Shown in pieces: positions 13,281 through 23,359 of a stretch of DNA of 64,000 nucleotides. Source of the DNA: Macrostomum lignano. Taxonomy: Eukaryota. The stretch spans positions 1-64,000 of the forward strand of contig NIVC01000619.1 of the NCBI GenBank assembly GCA_002269645.1, given 5' to 3'. Below the pieces are notes generated by a model, which worked only from the letters and a program-made list of their open reading frames with translations, was not told the DNA's origin and searched no databases. The translations under genes and the position numbers were made by a program. The first letter of the stretch is position 1, and each line of letters opens with the position of its first letter.

Positions 13281-14475
13281 GATTGCTTGAGTCGAGTCGA
13301 GTCTTCGAGCTGTGTAGATTGAGTCGAATGTGAGATTGTTGTGTTAAGCAGTCGGGAGTTCCGAATTTATGCACATCAGATTGGCACGTGTTTCCGTTCC
13401 GAGGAGAAACGTTTGACTTGTCTGCATTCACGAGAGCAGAGTCTGAGTGACATCTCTTTATTTGATGACAGCTGTCAGTCAACTAGTTACATCAAAAGAG
13501 CATTTTCAGTGTAATTGCATTCAGCTCACTGCAGTGTATTTGACCTTAGTTATTTTCGAAGTTACATTTGATGAAGCCTCTATTGGTTGAAGTACGCTCG
13601 TGTCTGTTGACCTACGAGCTACCCTTGAATTACTGTCAAGGTCTTTCTAAATATTTTAAAAAGCACGTCAAATAAAAACAAATCGATTTAGACGTGATTT
13701 GCTCTACGTCTAATCACTAATTAACCAGTGGGGCTCCTGGATCATGAGACCGGTAGAGATGGAGAAAGTGAGAAAAGTAGGCTGAGGATGAAGAGAAATG
13801 ATTGAGATGAAGAGAGAGGCCTGTAGTGATAGAGGAAGACGGATTAATAGTTGATAGTAGAGGAAAGGAGACACTCGGGTGTATATCAAAAAACGTTAAA
13901 AGTATTTTAACAGCTGGTTACGATCCATGATGTACTATACGGAAGTTATTATACTGAGTCTCTTGATAAAAGTTTCTTAAATAAGTGTATATTGTTACAC
14001 TCCCTCTCATCGGATAAGTTCAAAACTCAATAGTTCAGTCGTCTGCTCGTAAACTGTCTGTAAAGTTTCAGCAACACCTAATACTGCTATGCCGTACTAG
14101 AAGGGCACGGCTTGAGAGTGCAATAATGTCTAGACTACGAGAGCGCGTTAGTGTATAGTTAATATTTAACAGCAGAAAAAAGTCGACCATATACATCCAG
14201 ACCGTCCGTTCCGTTCCGTTCCGTCGATAATGGCCACTTAATGGCCACTCAATCAAATACTTAAATTGTCTATGGCTAAATTTGATGCTCCTCCCCATAC
14301 CCAGTCTTTTCACGTCCAGTAAAATTAAGTTGAAATGAATTCCGGCAGTTATTAACTCCATAAAAGATAAAGTACGCTTTTCCAGACACTATTTTTAGTG
14401 CTCATATCGAGCGTGATCATATCTCATATCAGGACAGGGCCATAGACAAAAATAACAATAATTAAAGCCGCTACT

Positions 14476-14601
<126 letters not shown>

Positions 14602-16074
14602 GTAGACTTTATATTTAAAATGGCGGGCACTATGAGAGTTGTATCATACTCTATCGCACAATAAAAGTGGTTTAAAATATATATGCCATAGCCTTGAGGT
14701 CAGTATGAGTTTAAATCCCGAGATCCTTCTTTTCAGCTCTTGTTTAACAGCCCAAGTTAGCAATTAAAAAATTGAGCAAAACCACGAAGCTTACGTAGGA
14801 AAAAATAGAAGCAATTTAGGCAGCGAGGTATGTTCAAAGCAAAGAGTATCAAGCTAACAATTAGCACGGAACTCTGAGTATTTTTGGCAAACATTGTCCA
14901 TGACAAGTACAGTAAAGAAACTTAGCAAAATAAGACGCTGTTAGAAATGAAAACAAAACGCAACGCGCATGCAAGAGCAGAAGACAAATTAGTTTTGCGT
15001 AACCAGTTGGCGCTAAAAATTCGAAATAGAATCGTCGAGTACGAACGAGAGCTACCCGGAATCCATAGCTTGACGGACTTCTTCATTGCAGTCATGATGG
15101 CTCAATAATGTCCTTGTTCTCTGGAGTCAGCGCATTTAGCCACAGCGTTGTGTCTTTAAGCTGAGCTCCCACAACGAGTACTCGTCGGCCTAGGCGAAAA
15201 ATATCCGAGCGTATCTTCAGCATGGAAGTGTTCCTGACAAATTCTTGCCACTTTCGTGACTTTCACTTCTCCTCGAAGTTTGATTTAGATTTTTTCGCTA
15301 GCAATTTTGCTAGCAAACGTTGCCTCCATGAAAGAAAAGCAAAGAAAAAAGCTGCCGGCGTGCTTGACGAGTTGCAGCAGCCTTCGACTGCACATTTTAC
15401 TGGCATCTTGTCATGATTAGATCTTGTCCTGCCGTATAGCAGTAGTGTAACTAAATGTAGTTGTTTATGAACGTGCTCTAAGAATTTTAGTCAAAATTTA
15501 GTTTCGGACATGGCTATAGTTTCGTTTTATGGTTAAAAAGTAGGGACCCGTGGATTGGCTCTCTCTGCTAGCTCGGTAATCTTTGGCTTCTACTTATCGC
15601 CCCAATGACTTTAGATCATAGATTAGTTTTTGGGCACAAATACGAGTACGAGGTAAAAAGATATAAAAAGCCAACTTTTGAGTTGAAGCACTGATAAATC
15701 AGAAATCAACCCTTAGAAATCCTAAGAAGAATGAAGAATGAGGAATCATTCAGTGATTGATTACAGATGTTATTGAATCGATCGACGCTGATACCTAAAC
15801 ATCTATTATGCGTAAATTCTTTCCTCTATCAGTCGGCTGCCAACAGGATTTCGACTTGGAAAAGAAATCTAAAAGTTCAACAAAACCTTTTTTGCGCTTA
15901 GTGGTTTGACAGTGCGTTTATGTATTTATGTGGTAAAACTGATCCGCGAACAAGCTTCGTATATTTCACCGAAACGCTTAATATTGTGCTGTCGTAGTCA
16001 GAGTTCAAAGTCCGGTCAGCTTGTGAGTCGTCAGTGCCAGTTAGCCTTAAACTTCAGTGTCGCGACAGACATAT

Positions 16075-16269
16075 CTAACCGATGTGGACCCTAACCCTGA
16101 AGATCTTCTTCTTCAGATCCATGGCCTTCTCCTCCGACACGTTGGGCTCGTCCAGGTTGGACAGAGTCTCCTCCAGCACACGTTCGGCCATGGCCTTCTC
16201 CTCCTGGCTGGGCACGGCGACGGCCAGGGCGGCGCACAGCAAAAGTCCGAGAGCGATCTGCCACTTCAT
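16075..16269 (-). CDS. Secreted prepropeptide copy 4 (64 aa; DLKKK-IFRVRVHI-G)
   Basis: Family architecture; promoter module 16351-16383. Confidence 0.9.
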   Translation of the reverse strand: MKWQIALGLLLCAALAVAVPSQEEKAMAERVLEETLSNLDEPNVSEEKAMDLKKKIFRVRVHIG

Positions 16270-17094
16270 AATTGCTTGAGTCGAGTCTTCGAGCTGTGTG
16301 TAGATTGAGTCGAGTTTGAAGTTGAATTCTTGAGCAGTTGGAAGTTGCTCATTTATGCGCATCGGATTGGCACGTGTTTCCGGTTGGAGGAGCGACGCTG
16401 TTTAACTTTTCTGCTTTCATGTAAACAGAACAGAGCAGTGACATGCTTGTTTTCCTACAAGAAATGATGCGGCTTTCGTTTGCTTGACGACAGCTGTCAG
16501 TCAAACAGGTAAGACTCGAGAGTTTCTCAGTCCAGGTGTATGCAATTCATTGCGGCCGATTTGTCTCTTGGTCGCTGTTCACAGTAAAGTTTAAACAGTC
16601 CCTAGAGGCAGAGGTAATAATCCCTAAGCCAGATTTAGGACAGGATTCAGCGAGTAGCTAGCTGTATTGCTGCTCCTCTGTGCGGTTCAGGCATTTTACT
16701 CCAGAATGACACACCGATCGATGTCATGCGTCATAAGGAATTCTTCAAGCTTTATAAAGCCCAGTCTGATGATTAACTCTTGTTTCAGAATTAACCATAA
16801 ATCTATCTGGACTGATGAAGTAAATAATATCCAAAGTCTCACAGATTTTTTAGCTCTGCTAGGATTGTCAGACATTAAAAAATGAGATACTGTCCTATGA
16901 TTCCAATATTACTCGACTTTACTTGACTGACAGGCGAGGACACGGCGCTACGTCGACTGTCTGCTGGCTGACGCCGGCGCCCCGGACCCTGCCGGCGGTG
17001 CGGCCTTTGTTCGCGCCCAAGCCTTAAAGCGTGCCATCTGACGCTGCTTTTGCGATCCGGCAGCGTACTCTGTTGTTTGTTGTTGTTGTTGTAG

Positions 17095-18260
17095 GCACAG
17101 CGAGGAGGCGAGGGTCGCCCATTCCGCTAGCCCCCGAAGGCCACAGACAGGCAGAGGCGTGGGGCCGGTCAGGGTGGTCCGCTTCTCGCCGTCTTGGCGA
17201 GGGTGCCTGTCAACTCTTTCCCTGGAAACGCTTGCGTGCCCTCGGATCCACTTCAGCCTGACAGTAGTGCTGCTGGCCAGAAGGTTGAGCTGCCGGTTGC
17301 AGTCAGCGACTGTCTGGTATTTCATTGTGGTGTGGTAAAGGGCCTGTAAGGCTGCTTGGCTGTCAAAGTGAACCTACCAGTGTGCTGGACATGCGTGGCA
17401 ATGACGCGGCCGTTGATGCTGATGCAGACCCCAAAGCAGCCGCAGTGATTTTGATGGAACTCGTCCGTGTAACAAAGGACCTCCTGGAAATTCCAGCGGA
17501 CAGTGGCGGACAGAGGTGATGGTGACTTTGTAGCGCTGAAACAGTTTTAGAGTTCGAGGTTCACCAGCAGATCAAACGTGGAGCCCGCCACCGTCTCTCA
17601 AGTCTTTGAGGTAGAGGTCGGCGTGAGGCAGGAGCTTGCGCTTAGCCATGGCTCTATGGGACAGGAAACAAATGCCAGCGCTAATCAAACGGCGGACAGT
17701 CTTGGCGGCTTCGCTGCCAACAAAGATGTCCAGTAGGGGAATGTTAAGGAAAGCGTTGAGGCAATCATAAGGAGTAGACGTGTACTCCTGAGAGTCTCAA
17801 GGCAGATCTTCATCAGCAGGGCGCTAGCCCAGATAAGGCCGCCGTACGAGATAGCAGGCCTAACCATTGCAGTGCAGATCCACCAGAGACGTTTTGGAGT
17901 GAGCCCCCAGGTGGTGCCGACGGCCCTGTGCAGCTGCGCGAGGACTGCGAGGGCGCTCTTGGATTTGTCTGAACGTGGGGTGACCAGTTCAGCCTGTAAT
18001 CCAGGGTAATCCCTAGACATTTAGAAGAAGATTTCCCTTCCGTAAAGCGTGAGCGGTCGAATCTGCCACTTTGTCCTGCTGGTGAAAATGATCGCTGCCG
18101 TCTTAGTCTCGGAAAGCTTTAGACAACAGCGATCCGCCCATTGCTCAGCGGTGTAGATAAAAAAATCTGAAGGAAGTCCCTGAGGGTATCAGTGGACAGT
18201 TCAGACGCCAAGGCGGTGACATCGTCCGAGTAACCTACTTTTAGAATGGGGTCAGGCCGG
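17095..18260 (-). mobile_element. Inverted duplicate of the RT/RNase H LINE fragment at 4330-5480
   Basis: WGLTPKRLWWICTAMVRPAISYGGLIWA (ORF 17685-18020); LKWIRGH (ORF 16948-17325). Confidence 0.65.
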
Positions 18261-19504
18261 GCATCCGAAGGAGCTCATCGATGACTATATTCCAGAGACT
18301 TGAAGACATCATTCCACCTTGCGGGCTTACCTTTGCAGTCGGGGACCGTCCTCTGGTGGCCCAGCAAGCTGGTTATGGCCGTGCGATGGCTGATCATGTA
18401 CATGATCCACCTGGTGAGATGCTAGTAGTTTATCAACCAGGACGTGCAGCGTGCTTTCGGTGGAGTCATTTTTCAGATCCACTGAAAAGAAGGCGCCAGA
18501 GCAACGGTACCTCCATCAGCTTGACCATGGAGGAGGTCAGACTGATCGGTACTCAGCATCATCCACAAATGCCTCAGCACAAACCAGTCGAATCTCATTG
18601 AAAATTACAAAGGCTCAAGATGGATTGATAGGAAATTTAGAACGCAGAATGAATTAGAAGGTTGCGTGCATTTGTCATGTGACTTCTGTCTCTGTTTTAA
18701 CCGCATTATTCAGCCATCGCTGAGGCTGAGAAAAGGAAGAAAATCTGCAAAAATAATAGCAAGGTCATGAAAACGTGTTTGCCTCTGTCCCGGAGAGAAT
18801 GAGCAGGTTGGCTCTGCTGCTTGCTGATATCTGCTTTCCATCTGCCGATCAGACCCTGAGTCCCGCATCAACTAGGTACAAAAGTAGCATGCAGTGGGTC
18901 AATCTCCGATACGTATTGACAACGTCTTACGAGCTGTCATTTAGACGCAAAAAACCTTGGCAGGAAAGCAACTCAAACAAGTCTATTAAAGACTGTTTTA
19001 TGCTACTGGATCTTACATGTATATTATTCAAGTGTGGAGTTGCTCCTTGGCCCTATCTTCTGAGCTCTGTGCCTGAACAGTCAGGCACACGCATTGTAAT
19101 GCAGGGCACCTTGGCCAAAATTAATAAATCCATAATTTTGAATTTGCAAATTTTAATCCTTCTCTGAGGCTATCACCAATGCCTATTTGATGACTGCTAT
19201 ATGACACATTCCACTAGTGAAGTACGAGTGGTCATTTCAAACATCTATCTATTCTGCGCAAACAATTACAAGTCAGCTGCAAGAGACTGACGGTAAAATC
19301 TACTATGCAACTAAAAGTCAAATAGCTCAATCTGAATGGTCTATAGACCAGTTTCAGAGAGAAAATTCTCAAGAGTTATCTGTTTGACTGACAGCTGTCG
19401 TCAAGCAAACAAAAGCTGCATCATTTCTTGTAGGAAAGCAAGACAGTCTCTGTTCCGCTATTCTCACGTGAAAGAAGACAGGTCAAACAGCGTCGCTCCT
19501 CCGA

Positions 19505-19537
19505 CCGGAAACACGTGCCAATCCGATGCGCATAAAT
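19505..19537 (+). promoter_or_regulatory. Conserved 33-bp core promoter of the peptide family (ETS-like GGAA, E-box CACGTG, CCAAT, TATA-like CATAAAT); shown for copy 5
   Basis: CCGGAAACACGTGCCAATCCGATGCGCATAAAT, nearly identical at 3033-3065(-), 6028-6060, 13365-13397(-), 16351-16383(-), 21917-21949, 29587-29619(-), 35092-35124, 38938-38970 and 42242-42274, always ~80-95 nt before the ATG. Confidence 0.75.
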
Positions 19538-19618
19538 TCGGAACTCCCAACTGCTCAAGAAGTCAACTTTAAACTCGACTCAATCTACATACAGCTCGAA
19601 GACTCGACTCAAACAATC

Positions 19619-19813
19619 ATGAAGTGGCAACTCGCTCTCGGACTTTTGCTGTGCGCAGCCCTGGCCGTCGCCGTGCCCAGCCAGGAGGAGAAGGCCATGG
19701 CCGAACGTGTGCTGGAGGAGACTCTGTCCAACCTGGACGAGTCCAGCGTGTCGGAGGAGCAGTTTCCGAAGCTGAAGAAGAAGTTCGTCCGTCTTCGTGT
19801 CAGGATTGGTTAG
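19619..19813 (+). CDS. Secreted prepropeptide copy 5 (64 aa; same protein as copy 1)
   Basis: Inverted-duplication partner of copy 1. Confidence 0.9.
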   Translation: MKWQLALGLLLCAALAVAVPSQEEKAMAERVLEETLSNLDESSVSEEQFPKLKKKFVRLRVRIG

Positions 19814-20429
19814 ATGAGTTCTCAGATACACCTGAGATTGAAGTCCCTTCATCGTATATGACTGGCTTGACTCTGAACCCTGACTTGTGACCGGTATTCA
19901 GAGTGAAATTTTAAAAGCACTTGTTTACTGATCAGTTCTACCAAATATAACAACAATTACAACCCGTTCAAGCACTCAGCACAACTAAAAGTTAAAAGTC
20001 GTCTTGTTGAGCTATTTTAGTTTCAATTTGCAATTCGAAAGTCGCTGTGTGGAGGACTGGTACCTAAATGCATATAACTCGTAGCTAATGATTGGCTGCT
20101 TGTAATAGATCATCCGGCCTAAATTCCATTCAGTCAAGGATACGAATTTAATAACTAAAAATTCATCATTGAAACTGCTTTGTTTAAATAGATCTTGATG
20201 TCCAGATCGATTCTTCACTTGGCAAGATAGAATCAGATTTTGTGGGAGGGATAGCGTAGAAGACTATGGGTAGGTCAGACGCGTATTAAATGAAAAATGA
20301 AAGCCTGACATCTTTCTAGTTCATTTTTGCCATTACTGAAACTCTGCCAAGTACGAGTTATTTTCGGAAGAGATTCCAAGTTTTGCTCGAAAGCTCTGTG
20401 TGAATTTGAATTGCAGCTTTCATGGTTAT

Positions 20430-20830
20430 AACTACGAGCGTAGTTTGAATGTTTTGCGGATAACAAACATAGACGGTATTGATCTATTGCGAGATCGAGA
20501 GAACTTAGCGACTAAATCTTGGCCAGGGCTGCCACCTTGTCCAGATTCGGCCGGTGTCCTTCCCCGGCTGACGATTTTGCCCAGGTACTTCACGCTGGAC
20601 TGACTTGTCCTTGATGAGATTTGGTCCCGCAACTCGCAGCCGGTCAAAAACTTTGTGCAGACTGGCCAAATGCCTTTCGAAGCTTCGACCTGCTGTATGA
20701 TGTCGTACTCCAGCATGTCGTCGATTTTCTGGTCGACCTGCTTTCGAACCGGCAACGGAATCGGTCGCTGGCACTGCTTGTAGGGCTGCGTGTGGGGCTG
20801 AAACTCGATGAGATGCTTCAGCAATGCGCT
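20430..20830 (-). mobile_element. Multiply deleted Gypsy pol remnant
   Basis: QRPIPLPVRKQVDQKIDDMLEYDIIQ (RT N-terminus) joined directly to SSVKYLGKIVS (RT end); present only in the right IR arm. Confidence 0.7.
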
Positions 20831-22040
20831 GGTGCTGAGGTCGCACTCGTGAGTGCTGAGTCGCTGAGCGCGAGCACTATTTGCATTGAGTCCATCTTGC
20901 CAGTAGTCTTTGTCTGTCGGCCGCCTAAAGGTCAGGGTTGACATACCCCGCACTCGGACTAATTGACTGTACCAGTGATGTTTTTAGTCAAATCGGCAGC
21001 TTCAAAACAGCCGACGGCCTTGTTGGCGAAGAGTAGCACCTCCTCGGAGTCCAAATTGCGCGCTTAGACTGGTAGCTTCAGGTCAAACAAAACGGTTAAA
21101 ACTCTCAAAGCAAGCAAGCCAGTTGCTTGGGTAAATCTTCCTCTGCACATCTACGCTTTTCTGATAAGCCCCAATGTAGTTTAAAGTAACCACATGCTAA
21201 ATTTTTTTTGTTTTCATGATAACGACTTATTTTCCCTGCATTGACTAGACATGATATATGTAACTATTGATAGTACCGAAGTAGATAGTCAATAATTAGC
21301 CATTACCCACCTTCCACTTCTTCCTGCCTATTACCGCTTAAGTAAAGGGCCCTTTACCTTGTTTTAGGTATATGAGTAGGAGCCTCATAAAGAGTTTTGA
21401 CTCATTTGGATTCAGAGTTTGTTATGTTTTCCTATTTCATCAGAAGAGCAGTCTTTTCATTTTCTGATTCACTGACTATTTACATGAACGCTAGAAGTCT
21501 AAGTCTAATTTAGCAGGCAAAAGATGTCAAAAGATGTCACAGATCCGTCTCTGCAAGTCGATTTCTCCCGCTTGCCTCAGTCGCTTAAATTTCACACAGC
21601 TCCCCTGCCTTTAATAAGATAATATGGTTAATTCGATAATTAAAATGTCTTCTATTTAGGGTATGTAGCCTTTAAAAAAATTAGGAAAAACCCTGAGAGA
21701 AATTTGAATGGGACGAATACGAACGAACCTTAACCATTATAGTCTGTCAATAAACTTAACTGATGAGCTTTAAACTAGGCGAATACACTTCTACTTGAAA
21801 TTCATTCTCGCGTTAATTGTTTAATTGCTCACTGTCATCAAAAGAGCAATTACTGCTCAGTCACCCAGACTCTGCTCCGTTAAAAGAAGACAGATCAAAC
21901 AGCGTCACTCCTCCGACCGGAAACACGTGCCAATCCGATGTGCATAAATTCGTAACTGCCAACTGCTCAAGAATTCAACTTCAAACTCGACTCAATCTAC
22001 ACACAGCTCGAAGACTCGACTCGACTCGACTCAAGCAATC

Positions 22041-22235
22041 ATGAAGTGGCAGATCGCTCTCGGACTTTTGCTGTGTGCCGCCCTGGCCGTCGCCGTGCCC
22101 AGCCAGGAGGAGAAGGCCATGGCCGAACGTGTGCTGGAGGAGACTCTGTCCAACCTGGACGAGCCCAACGTGTCGGAGGAGAAGGCCATGGACCTGAAGA
22201 AGAAGATCTTCAGGGTTAGGGTCCGCATCGGTTAG
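22041..22235 (+). CDS. Secreted prepropeptide copy 6 (64 aa; DLKKK-IFRVRVRI-G)
   Basis: Family architecture; promoter module 21917-21949. Confidence 0.9.
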   Translation: MKWQIALGLLLCAALAVAVPSQEEKAMAERVLEETLSNLDEPNVSEEKAMDLKKKIFRVRVRIG

Positions 22236-23186
22236 ATATGTGTGCCACCACACTGAAGTTTAAGGCTAACTGGCACTGACGACTCACAAGCTGACCGGAC
22301 TCTGAACTCTGACTATGACAGCACAGTCTTAAACACTATTGGTGAAATATACGAAGCTTGTTCGCTGATCAGTTTTACCAAATAATAAGACAAACGCAAT
22401 CAGTTAAACAACTGAGCACAAAACAGACTTTATCGATTTCTTCTTCTAATTCTAAATCTTGTTGTCTATCGACTGTGAAAGGAATGCATTTACAAAGAAA
22501 ATTTTTATTTTTCATCGTCTATCGGTTTGATTAATGCCATATTTAATTTTTTATTAACTCCTTCCGATTAACTCCTCATCAGCAACTTTTACCAGACGGT
22601 ATTCATCGGTACTACGAGCGTAAGGGTTGGATTTCTGGTTTATCAGTTCTTTAAAAGTTGTATCTTTCTGTATTTTATTCTGCCTTTTCCCGACATTATT
22701 CTAAAGTATAAAGCTAATCTTCTTTAAGTCAGCTCTTCTTAGTGAAAAACGCTCAAACCAGTCGTTGTAGGACTGTTTTTTCTGTTTTTTTATTGTAGCT
22801 CAAAAACAAGTGCAATTCATTTCTACTTAAAATTGCAGCCTGTGACTAGCCATCTTCGCCCCTGTTCAGGAGGCAACAAAGAAACGAATAGAAATAGTTT
22901 AAATTCACTCAGGGACTGCTCAAACACTGTTTGAGTAGTCCCTTCATTCACTATTGTCAGTTACTCACGAAAAATTGTTTAAAGTAAATAAGAATATGCC
23001 CGGAAATCAGCTATCTTGACTAAGATATCAGTATCCCTTTTGAGCTTCGAAATCAAAGTCATGGCTTACGTTAACACTTACTCTCCCTTTGCTGCTTGGC
23101 CTACCAACAACTCCCAGTTGACTCTAGGGCTCCTTCGAAACCCCTCTCCCATTAAACCTTGACACCTCCTCGATAATTGATCGAGT

Positions 23187-23359
23187 GAGATCACTACTGA
23201 TTCTCTCGGGCCATTTTTTTCTTTCTATGCTTACAGAAACTCATTACCAAACTCCCTATCACTGCCTCTACCTCTCTGCGTCGCATTTCTTCCTCTCCGT
23301 CCCTCATCATCGCACTGTCTTTCTCTGTGAGTCTACGCTTATTTGATGAGCCCCCAATG
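23187..23359 (+). repeat. 173-bp direct repeat, left copy (partner 27072-27244)
   Basis: GAGATCACTACTGA...GAGCCCCCAATG appears identical in both copies by eye. Confidence 0.9.

Larger units (their letters stand above)
16235..21136. repeat. Right arm of the inverted segmental duplication (partner 2010-6175)
   Basis: Mirrors the left arm; carries the 5' part of copy 4, copy 5 and the second LINE fragment. Confidence 0.9.
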
